This document shows positions 27,601-35,600 of a DNA stretch of 64,000 nt, piece after piece. Numbering within the stretch: the first letter of the stretch is position 1; every line of letters begins with the position of its first letter. This DNA is from Nemertoderma westbladi (taxonomy: Eukaryota; Animalia; Xenacoelomorpha): NCBI GenBank assembly GCA_032718475.1, contig JAUCBJ010008112.1:3660-67659 (forward strand), read 5' to 3'. The notes below the pieces were generated by a model, which was not told the origin of the DNA, did no database searches, and saw only the letters and a list, made by a program, of their open reading frames with translations. The position numbers and the translations under genes are program-made.

Positions 27601-27722
27601 CAGTGAATGTTTGCCTAATCGCCGACATCGTGTCTCGGACTCTCAAAAGACATCCACTTTGTCTCGGAGAAGATCATACGTTCTACATGGAAGGGAGAAT
27701 TCGTACCGACGTGTTTAGATGA
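18684..27722 (+). CDS. Element B polyprotein: Gag - aspartic protease - RT - RNase H - novel region - DEDDy-like exonuclease (no integrase)
   Basis: Gag PPKFSG..W..F and EKFNYL, Bel/Pao knuckles CWRCTRHGHVRKDC and CPSCGRNHDGLLH. PR ILDSAS. RT YYLPHH, CDVEAMFHQV, FYVDD. RH FSDAS, PRAEL, WTDA, NPADIASRG. Then FYDNEG, ILDKTVVKVGSGVRED, YVDTR, YYLAIE. Confidence 0.92.
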   Translation: MSDKQDYTKNTQTDYDSCDADKSAAEGQQGKTREPTEPTPCASPVHPTGVPDAVVRGDGRTEDFLTVPQPRYRETDMVSSAGSTESVVRSVGGYMAHITRSIGEGQRILDGLTAPMSRFEFYTLQVRVQSKVYKSVDNLVGLQDLARQRQDMDTQLRILEKLMITREKLIQFKSTIRQIQQEQADQLLGESVSDELLQPEEEQELYRLDGQLKHLTDHLRMCGEDVGDWETVPEYTKETSPVRIESAPGILDQSLVSIRSEICEGSIVTSEVARQQQEFHRQRQEMEEQAQLLVMQAAVEEEKLRVANIARISHLQEQAELEAAEVERLEVDIARQAAAAAAEVERRAAAAELERRNAAAELERQTAAAELQRERLVSEARAEMKTRQIKAQSAIRQAEFEAQRQQTEQREKTVKLHFELEKKARELANAEEDLDQKARDRSMRSRDGHDLDQLEVRHRQIQERKKEGSVGAPGRERQLVKDVCQRFPQVTHMFAPVTSKEPVSIAGSSDISPIHGATEHRFVIPDEFTPPRATSSPIPKVKVSNPPITDRSSLLTGPALLTTKQVSPPSTPKPVTHYAYPMTFRPTRPLDSNAVIRPPNQFTSQSTTSRKTCEPTEQRRTETRPFNHFTSQSTTSRKTCEPTEQRRTETRPFNQFTSQSTTSRKTCEPTEQRRSVDDVPKRNVRIRTTQRTRARRPPYPDDSSTSSESDYPKREVFRTGAADEYKRERSDNSFADNPPQNTPTQKALQPTDAISTQQFADILRPVVNKLAQIEERLEEGYTDSSRNSEFEHNRHPKEPQRPVPSNPTSYQGKAPRRDINQVTNQGRETLNVAEEIAKFAARQGLPVQQPPKFSGSSKHWHTFVDYIESQIAVCAFTSREKFNYLLQTLSGEPKRLAETFVGVPDAFELAYDRLTSIYGGTVSMARSVIEELCKGGAITKPVDLLKLADEIKNAITTLRSIGQLDYGNTPTVLLKIIGRLHHRLRREWRKVEYQREERGGFLKLEDVYLLISREAVVETRSNYTDQHIVAEGITLPSSNRQKPQTTSTKTATYATPTESRQFSDGNRVSAPIGTKQTRQQLSTDFSGCQYCEHLGKRYIGHKLRGCRQFRELNSEERRLQIRPLDSCWRCTRHGHVRKDCPNTDTCPSCGRNHDGLLHTDSHTPTKRFAREHPEAAARCDAAYQKRESKTTPTFVTHIEDCFSEQSGSSDEESEDDDEYSNGDEQPSIALLTTDQLKGFSVIPIKVTGTKGSKRIYAILDSASSHSYVDEKIADVVTDLKQGKHVSYTVSSMHGQRAIPVTRVKLNLDSLLPKSQHSERERSLLPFRDLTFAATKDFSNLLGPVPEQSLEDRKYFRHLGVPECPVNYRSVAMLIGTDQFNLHQVWETRPSAVVAGNAYACRTPIGWYTRAPVRTLDVSDEEDDVQSTCSLLTTNSIHSFSHDVNHTTLQSTKHDRRVTSMISHKEQLTHKVSLELGEKTSQLEIPSTTDDRLASLPTPITSTVPVDIDDDALRNHQLEQAALDKELTEKTIRWLEQDTAEPGSYEPCMSEQEKQSLKIMEDTIRQTKDGHYEVGMLWRSQSPKLINNYPLALRRLHSIRQRLLKDEKAHLQYNTQMETYLTKGYAIRMTNPERVTDQTYYLPHHYVRHPDKPDKVRVVNDCAALFEGMSLNSELMDGPNMNNYLMGVIMRFRQRQVAFTCDVEAMFHQVKALERDRDSLRFLWYPEGDLSLPPATYQMQVRVFGARDSPNCTMYALKQAARDQKHLYDPEIIRIVERDFYVDDGLQSCDTVERATTVAHQLRDCLAGGGFNLTKFASNSAELVDSFGTTERGGGDIDLEFEPLPTTKVLGLFWDPNTDNFRVKVRLDSQGNTLTKRSCLSKLSRLFDPLGFISPVILQARIYMRSIWKDGLTWDEPISSDQVDLWKTWEAELSSLEDYFIPRVYFPLQSTFPDNLELHCFSDASDNGFGVAAYLRRQVESDEFDVSLITSKAKTMPTKYMTTPRAELQAATLSTTIVNLIQTELQSSLQIFYWTDATLVLFYINNDTLEFKTFVANRRAEILDRSIKGDWRHCPGPQNPADIASRGMMPEEFCKPENKEFWQHGPQFLQKSTQDWPPLYDNKSNTIPKDAEIKKPKKGKTKKKTTAAKLKKKPKAKWKDITSKVKRGRLASLSTPDISPDGQPDTLPDGQPDMLLDSQPDILPDISQNVPPDASNTLTNSKAAVSLLERPSIDKQPDTLLDVSPDTLLDSRLDTSNVLTNNKAAVSLLERPCIDKLPILTHLSNHKHGETSCITDVNYTLIMEKGIQGEPRWGYDIQEEAAAPFERFGAKDYTIFGIKELSESTAKLARTKYDSNVLKRRQNALNERIESLRQTFNELYPYDALCDTGDISEDPDTEISRLYHTMQYLKAHEPMPAVRDEFDGMHLYRRTRGDDRETKEAFSVYKLYYQCGSCMREQRNAIPMRLNKENPEPILARCSNHQQLRYQEGGYPLSNPYHSFAMTGPKAGETVIYPPKVVEPDVFELTLDEANQSTREKKEALSLYRAYKAFEKGEMEEWGGRLASLPCHWTSHDQTSAKEMTPEVFESINFAQNVIQRLQIASPERPREMQPYSTSTTKPLSTTLNFPISIPVRQDTTYEIPIVDHPEIISNLEFLPAVVFSDMSKIYDLRRHITQKVVHNVPPHIQDFKELDRAGADIAPSNLKGYLTKTIRLWIGTGTFESDTDIAADWRGKVIRFDEDKDIEKIWQPSEELLDEWTRTFRSFQENGYMFYDNEGGSHQQSLTSKTIQIRAADGVLHVFSRQRSDKRMPIPPANTKRHHLITDIVKKMDQACNIDARMLPKMVRNMILDKTVVKVGSGVREDLISDFAGMTDSDDRLPTPYVDTRPLILWSIEQGYFREYNTQKTGTGYISYLLFNWDYKEGKRNKYIETYGEGDTPDMSEFESQLKWRGCVYWAITSPPRAVLQYYLAIESSVNVCLIADIVSRTLKRHPLCLGEDHTFYMEGRIRTDVFR
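20481..20706 (+). repeat. 81-bp in-frame tandem repeat (~2.8 copies) in element B gag
   Basis: NQFTSQSTTSRKTCEPTEQRRTETRPF units start at 20481, 20562 and 20643. Confidence 0.9.
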
Positions 27723-29312
27723 TTCCTTGAACCCTTCTACAACTCTGACGCTCAGTGTAATGCCTTTACTCGAGCAGGATTTAGTATATTTCGAGACGTG
27801 TATCTTCGCTGTGCGGGATCTCTTATCGAAAGACCATCTATGTTTACATTGTTACCCTATGAAGGAGAACGTATCGTGGAGATTACGGAAGAATCACGGC
27901 AGACGCGCGCGCCTATCGGTCACCTTGGTGATGAATTCGAAGTAACTACTACGATCGCCGACGATCCTTTAGAGGAACTTCTTGAGATAGAAAGGAACCT
28001 CCCGAAGAAATCTCAGACGGAGATTCGACAACTTGAAGCAACAGATGCTATAGTTTGTATACAACCTTCAGAAACCTACCAACCCATAGACCCAGATGAT
28101 TATGATTATAGTATGGGAGGAAGCGCTCGACCGATTGGAGATCTTATATACGAACGAGTGTGGTACCCTGCCAATACGATGTGTAGTAAATGTGGCGTCG
28201 CTGGACATCATATGGCAAAGTGCAGTGGAAAGCACATTACTACGACTCAGCTAATCTGTGGATGGTGTGGGGATCAAGGGTCTCATACCTTTTATACTTG
28301 CTGGAGATTTATGGCTCAATGTACTTACTGCAATATAAAGGGACATCGAGCATCTGAATGCCAACTGAGAGACATACCTTATGAACACGAATCTGTAAAA
28401 CTCGTGAGGAAGTTATTTGATGAGTGGGAAGATTTAGCCGACGAACATGTATCGGCACAGAGAAGACGGTTTCCGATGAGAGCGCATCTCGGATTTTGGG
28501 CGGTAAATCCCCAGACGATGATGTCGGAAGGATATATCTCCGCTATGCCCCAATACGACGAACTTATCGAGGTTGTCGATATTTTGCCCCACGACAGCGG
28601 ATTCCGAGTGGTGCGCGAGTATCTGTTACAAATTCACCCGGATAACAAAAACACGTGGAATTTTCAGAAAGTCGTTAATCGGATTACGTATGGTGAATTC
28701 GATCGTTTCCGAACTGAAAAACGGAATAAAGGAGCTTGGTTAACCGTCGCATGGGCGTACCGAGCCGCGTTTTACCACAAACGTATACGAGCGAGCGTAT
28801 TCGAGGAAGAGGAGGTCCTAGAGGCGACAAATATATCAGCCACTCCGGTTGCGCCGTCTGCACGTCACCCTCGGGAGGACGGGCAGGGTAGGATCATACG
28901 GGTCCAGAAGGTGGGCCAACAATTAAAGAAAATTATTAATGTAGAAGAACGCAAGGGAGTTGAGCCGACTATTCGAGTTACTCGGGATACGGTATCACTT
29001 CCAAGAGAACCAGTAGGAGGATCGGGACATACACCAGCTGATCAACAGGGGGCGCAAGCTACTCTTGGGTCTGCGTCGTCCACTTCTCGCGCGTTCCCAG
29101 ACGTTCTACCAACTGTAGTGACAACTGATCGGTCACGAGGAATCGGTCGAGGTTTTGGGATGCTAAATAAACGAATTTGCGAGGAAATAGTCGCACCATC
29201 TCTCAACGTCCCAAGTAAACCAGTGACTCGCCCCACAAGTCCCATATCGCGAGCAAAGTCACCTGTGCGCAGTTTTCGAGGACGCGGCAGGGCTCGATCC
29301 ACTAAGCGATAA
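27723..29312 (+). CDS. in-frame continuation of the element B polyprotein (three Zn knuckles, basic tail) after a single TGA
   Basis: Same frame as 18684. VFR*FLEPF aligns with A's CFRRFLTLF. Contains CSKCGVAGHHMAKC, CGWCGDQGSHTFYTC and CTYCNIKGHRASEC. Confidence 0.8.
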   Translation, partial: FLEPFYNSDAQCNAFTRAGFSIFRDVYLRCAGSLIERPSMFTLLPYEGERIVEITEESRQTRAPIGHLGDEFEVTTTIADDPLEELLEIERNLPKKSQTEIRQLEATDAIVCIQPSETYQPIDPDDYDYSMGGSARPIGDLIYERVWYPANTMCSKCGVAGHHMAKCSGKHITTTQLICGWCGDQGSHTFYTCWRFMAQCTYCNIKGHRASECQLRDIPYEHESVKLVRKLFDEWEDLADEHVSAQRRRFPMRAHLGFWAVNPQTMMSEGYISAMPQYDELIEVVDILPHDSGFRVVREYLLQIHPDNKNTWNFQKVVNRITYGEFDRFRTEKRNKGAWLTVAWAYRAAFYHKRIRASVFEEEEVLEATNISATPVAPSARHPREDGQGRIIRVQKVGQQLKKIINVEERKGVEPTIRVTRDTVSLPREPVGGSGHTPADQQGAQATLGSASSTSRAFPDVLPTVVTTDRSRGIGRGFGMLNKRICEEIVAPSLNVPSKPVTRPTSPISRAKSPVRSFRGRGRARSTKR

Positions 29313-30099
29313 AAGGGAGGGCAAGGGTGGACGGAAGACTCGTGGGCCTTTCTTATGATTTTGTGATTTATTTGAATTTATATTTATATTTGTGTTTATT
29401 CCGAACTTATGCAATTTATATTATTCCGAACTTATGCAATTTGTATTGTTCCGAATTTATGAAATTTAGAAATAAGAACTTATATTTAGTAAAACTTATA
29501 TTTAGTAAGAATTTATATTTTATATTTACGTGATTATTTCGAACCTATGCAATTTATATTATTCCGAACTTATGCAATTTATATTGTTCCGAATATTATG
29601 CAATTTATATTTTATAAGCAGTATTTGTATTTACAGTGAAATAGAAAGTTTTATAGATAGAAAATTTTGTGCTCAGAAAGACTCATATTTGTAATTATTC
29701 CAAACTTATGCAATCTACATTTAGGTAAGAAAGTATTTGTAATTACTTGAATTTATGCAATATTTGGGATGCAATAGTAGATGGAAGACTCGCGAGCCTT
29801 TCTTATTGTTTTCATTTATTTGTATTTGTAATTGTTTGAATTTATGCAATATCTGAGATGCAATAGATTTATATTGGTGAATTTAATTTAGATTTATATT
29901 GTACTTACTTAGTAAAGCCTTAAATACGTAAAGTTTGAATTTGTAATTATTTTTGTATCGAATCATTACGTAGAAAGGAAGTATTGTTTGAAATTTAATT
30001 GTAAATATGTAAGTACGCCCTAAGTATTCTATAGTTTAATTGATTATTGGTGAAAACCGTATATTTTATGCACGATAATATCCTGTTTTCATGGAGCGG

Positions 30100-32030
30100 T
30101 ATAGAATTATATTCCCTAAATGCCGTGGATTTTCAAAATTTTATTTTATTCGGATTAACTTTTGTAAAGATTGCTTTAAGTTCTCATTCGTATTGGTTCT
30201 ATCATTTGTACATCTATCGGTCAAGTGGTTCAGTAGCTCAGTTGGTAGAGCGTTGGAAATTATATGTGTAGTAGGTATCGAGATCGAATCCTAGTAAGTG
30301 CGAATTATTTTTTGTACAGAATTTCAACTCATTTAAATTAACCGCTACAAATTAATTGCATTCGTCTGTACCAATGAGGCTGTAGTTATTTGATTGTAAC
30401 CAATGTCGTGCAAGTTATATATTAGCTGGACCAATAGCTATCTTTAAAACCCCGTTAGAACCCATAGAACAATCGAGAATTTTCTCGATTGATTGCGGCA
30501 CAAATTTGCTATATAAAGGTGCGATTTGTTCATTAGTTATCAATCTACACTACTTCAATATTCTCTCAGTTATTTAGTTATCTGATATTTGTTTATTCTG
30601 TGCTTAGTTTATTCTCAGATTACATTGTATTATAATTGTATCTTCTGTAATAAAGTCAGAATATTCTCTCAGCTTTTCTATCTGTTTTACTATGGATTCA
30701 CTACGGTGAACAAACTCAGGGACAGGATGGCCGGCTAGAGATCGGGCCGCAGCAATGAACGGGAACATCACGGGAATGTAGACGAGAGACAACCCGCAAT
30801 ACCATCTAGAGTTATTCGCCCATCGCCTGAAAGGTTAGACAGCGTTCGATCCTTGCTACCTAAGTATAAGACCAAAAGATCAAAAGGTAGACGTAGTGAC
30901 ACGCTGTAAGCCCAAAATTACATCATAGGGACTGTACTGTCTTGATTCAGGAAAACCCACAGTAGACCTTCACATTCCTACGGGGGAGGGAGAGCGCAAG
31001 CAGATACTAGTACGCAGATAGGACGTAGGCACACCGGTACAAGGCATACACATTGGTTAGGGTGCAGCAAACTGTACGCTTAACTCTTGCTAAGTACAGG
31101 TGCGCGTGCGACTATTTGCAGTACGACAGTGTCCATTGCATTAGAACTTGTAGGCTAGGGGGGTTGCTGTGTTTTCACCTGAATTGGGATTGTACCGTTC
31201 AGGCGGTAGGGCAGTTTACGTACTAGGCGCAAATAAATTGAGGCTATCAGGGATACTAACATCTACCGTGTCCCCGCCAACGCCCTAATAGGAAGTTACC
31301 CGGACTACCTGGGTGACTAAAATTCTAGATAGGAGCCAGGATAGCTATTAGTACCTGTACGCCTACAGTAGTAAACTAACACATCTCTTCTTAGTATCAG
31401 GGACCTGGTACCTAAAATTGCCGAATTCTGGGCGTAGTATTAACCTTATGCCTGAATTTGAGTCCTGGAAATACGCAAGAGGGGAAGGAACCTTATCATT
31501 CGTGAGTATTGGACCTACAAGTTACAAAATTAGAATATTCGTAAATGCACACCGTACCCAGTAATTATATATGTGAAGGAGCAAAACTGTTTTGACCGTT
31601 CAGAATTAACACACGCGCGTTAGAAATTATTTACACCTCGAAATATATAAAATTAACTTTGTCCGTACTGTGCTTTGCCCGCTAGTTAGACATCTCCAAA
31701 TCTCTGCCTGTACCTAGCTAGCGTCCCTTTGCCCAACCATATAAATCACACCGCGGCAAAGTATACGAGCCCCTTAGTCCGTCAGTGAGTCAGCCTGATT
31801 TTAGGATTCGCTGCGCGGGATTTTGTTTTATCGAAGTTTGTCTGCTCGTAGACTGTTTTCTGCCTCACCGGTTATAAGAGATCAATACTGCAATATATTC
31901 GCTTACTTAGAGTTTACTGTTTTGGTGAGAAGGTCGGATTTATGATTTGATTTACAAACTTTACAGTAAGATATTGCAGGTATTGTTACCGTCTCTTCCA
32001 ATAGTAGGAATAGGCGTATCTCTTCAATTA
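30100..32030 (+). repeat. 3' LTR of element B
   Basis: Direct repeat of 15946-17876, preceded by a short purine-rich GGAGCGG (PPT-like) and followed by the TSD. Confidence 0.95.
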
Positions 32031-32674
32031 TTGTCTTTCAAGTATATCGGTGGGTGCCGTGATATCTTAATCGACAAGAATTTCAGATGGTCAAAGGGTT
32101 CAACAGATTTATTTAATAGATTTCATTAATACTATTAATATTTGTTAATATTTTGAGCTTCAATACTACTGTTAAATGGACATCATTCTACTATATGTAT
32201 TATTTAATATACGGTATGAGAGCAATATTGCAAGAAGCAATGTCAGTGAGAAGAGGCAAGTCGTTTCCAAGGTCTACCCAGAGCTTGGTATAGCCGAGAC
32301 ACGAGGATCTGAACTTTGCATTCCTAATACTCCACTTACCAATAATACTTGAGTATAGTAGGGGCGGTATATTGTACTTTTAATAAGTATGGACATTTCA
32401 TCTTACTGTAGTCACGTATTTATAGTATGATACGGACAGTAAGGAAAGAGAAAATGAATTATTTCTCGCCGTTAAACGAAATATATTATACTAAGTAATT
32501 AAGTAATAAAACACGAATATATTGCACTAATCTACTGAATAATCTCTAAAATATTATTCTACTAAATAAAACTAAAGAAAACGATTATATAATAAAATTA
32601 CATAATAATACATACATAAATATAAAAATAAAAATAAATAAAATAATGCAGTCACACACCCACTCCTAACACTG

Positions 32675-35600
32675 TTACGTTGGGGAGTCCCTAGATGTTT
32701 GTTGGATTAGGGAGGTGGTCGTGGGAAGAGTCTCTTGCCTTCCATAGTTACCAGACAACTCTCGGTCTCTTTCCAGTAAACATAAACGACCAACTGGGCG
32801 ATTAAGTTGTTGTGTTTCGAATACAATTCCAGGTTTCTTAAAGTTACGTCGCATGACGATGAGTTCTATCGATCGCACTAAACCATCATCGGATATATGA
32901 GTCTCGATGATACGACCTGTCTGCCACCTCTTACGTGGAAGATCTGATTCCACGATAAGAACCATGTCTCCGGCGCTGACGTTTTCTTGCTGCGCAAACC
33001 ACTTTGTTCGAAGTTGTAGCTTAGGAAGATAATGTTTTTCGAAATGGTCAGCGAAACAACAGGATAATAACTGCATAAGTTGCCAAGTTTGTCGGCAGTA
33101 TTCATCTCCGTCCGTGATTTCCGATTGCGGGAGCATGGCTACAGGTTTCTTTAGTAGGAAATGCGCTGGTGTTAGCGCTTCTAGGGAGTCGGGACTCGAT
33201 GAGACTGGCATAAGCGGTCTCTCGTTAAGATAGGCGGCGATTTCTTCCATTAACGTCCGCAAAAGTTCGTCGGTGAGATACGCGCGGCACGGCACTATAA
33301 AGTGAAATGCGGTCTTCACGCTTCGTATTAGTCTCTCCCAACTTCCTCCCCACCAAGGGGCGTTGGCGGCGTTGAAGGTCCAGCTAGATGCTGTTACCCT
33401 TAGCTGATCGTCCACCTGTCTTTGGTTCCAATCTTTCACGTAAGCTTTGATCTCATTATTGGCGCCAATGAAGTTTGTTCCTTTGTCGGATCTTATAGTG
33501 TTGCTAGTTCCAAAACGAGCGATCTGTCGGCGTAAACTCAGTATGAAGCTGTTGGTAGATAGATTGTTCACCATATCTAGATGAATCGCTCTACAAGTCA
33601 TACAGACAAAGATGACACACCATCGCTTGACTATAGTCCTAGCACGATATACTTCAATAGGGCCAAATAAATCCACACCAGTATTAGTAAAGGGTGGTTC
33701 ATAGAAGCTTACTCGTTCCCTAGGTAATTCTGCCTCGCGCTGTGTTAAAGGCCTACTAAATGCTTTCCTGCAGGGTATACAGTTCCTAAGAACTTGGTTT
33801 AGAGCTCTACAGGGCTTATGGAAATAATAGCGAGTTCGAATTTCGCTAAGAACTCGTTCTCTACCAGCATGGTAAAGTCTACTGTGAACATCTACAATCA
33901 TCTTGATTTGTATTTCAAGATTTCTAATGAGTATGGGAAACTTAGTGTCAAAGGACAATGGAGCATTAGTTAATCTCCCTCCGACACGTATTAATACATC
34001 TATCATTGTGCTAGAGAAACGATCCCTTAAGCGCATCTGTGGATTTCTCAACAACAGGAAATACTTATCGGAATCTTCATAGCATTGCAGGGGTCTCAGT
34101 ATCTGCTTATTGGTATCATCATGTTCTTGGTAACTGATCTTCTCAGTCAGAAACCTATCAGACACTCTGTAAACGGGAAGGTCTTTAATAGCATGGACCT
34201 TTTCAGATACTATTGGAGCAGTATCACTAGCGATCTTCGTCCTGGAATAGTGATGATGGAAACATCTTTTCAGGTACACAACGGCCTTGCAAAGCCGATT
34301 CCAGGAGCTATAATGATCTATTGCTCTTTGTAGGAGAGGGGAGACGTCTGGTGTTCCAGATTTCCAGTCTCTTTCCCTGATCTCTATAACGGATTTATTC
34401 GTATTTCTCGTAACATCCGTGGGTATGTTTAGATCTATGGCGTCGTCACCAGAGGCGTGTAGTACAGACAGATCTATCACGGGTTTAAATAACTTTGATT
34501 TACTCGTCCGGGTTTTAGGTTTGACTTTCTCCGCTCCCTTGGCTTGTCTAATCTCTGCGGTAGTGAGATGAGGGAGCCATTCCTCCTCTTCTTTACTCAG
34601 GAAGTCGGGTCCACCTAACCAGTCTGAAGTATCTATCAACTCTTGAGGAGTTGCTCCTCTGGAAGCGAGGTCAGCTGGATTAATCGTCCCAGGGCAATGT
34701 CTCCATTGATCCGTATTAGAGCGACTAAGTGTAATGGCTACTCTTTTGGTAATGAAGACGCTGAACTGACAGACTTCATTTGTTATATACTCCAGAACGA
34801 GTAAAGCATCAGTCCAATAGACAGTTTTCTCAAGTGGATAGTCGATCTGTTCTGTTACATTCCGGCCGATGGCTGTAGCGTATAGATCCGCCTTTAACTC
34901 CGCTCTAGGAACTCGTAGTTTGTTGTTTATTAGGGCCTTAGAGGCGACCAATGCAACCTTAATTCCATCCGGAGTTTCAACCCTCAGGTAGGCTACTATA
35001 CCTATTCCCAAATCGCTGGCGTCTCCAAACACATGGAGTTGATAGGCATATGTGGGGAGAACGTGACCAAAATATGAACGGGAAATCTTAAAGTTCTCGA
35101 TGGATGGTAGATAATCTTCCCATTTCATCCACTTCTTTAGCAGTTCTCCCTTAAGTGGATCATCCCACGAGTGTTTTTCGAGCCACATTTGTTGTACTAA
35201 GCTCCGAGCAACTAATATGACTGGGCTAATATATCCCAATGGATCGAAATAAGTGCTCAGGATACTTAAACAAATCCATTTAGTTCTAACTGGATTATCT
35301 CGTTGTTTTAACTGAAAGAATAGAATGTCTCTCTCCGTGTCCCATTTTAATCCAAGAGTCTTGGTTTCTGGAAGATCGTCCTTAATGAGGTCCAGGTCTT
35401 TTAACACTTCGGTCTTCTACTGGTATCAATTCCCGGAACTCACGGGAGGTACTAGTGAATTTGGTTAGGCGAAATCCACCTCGTCGTAAGCACTCAACCG
35501 TTCCATTATCAACATTTATCGCTTCTTCCACCGATGGAAGGGACTTTAAATTGTCATCCATGTAAATATCCCGTTTGATGTTGTCGATAACCGCTTTAGA

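Larger units (their letters stand above)
15946..32030 (+). mobile_element. Element B: 16,085-bp Bel/Pao-type LTR retrotransposon lacking integrase
   Basis: Two 1931-bp direct repeats. TTGTC target-site duplication at 15941-15945 and 32031-32035. Internal Bel/Pao gag-PR-RT-RH ORF. Confidence 0.95.

Noticed and set aside
18725-29302. Many short antisense or overlapping ORFs within the polyproteins
   Set aside because: Shadow ORFs of long coding regions with no motifs of their own.
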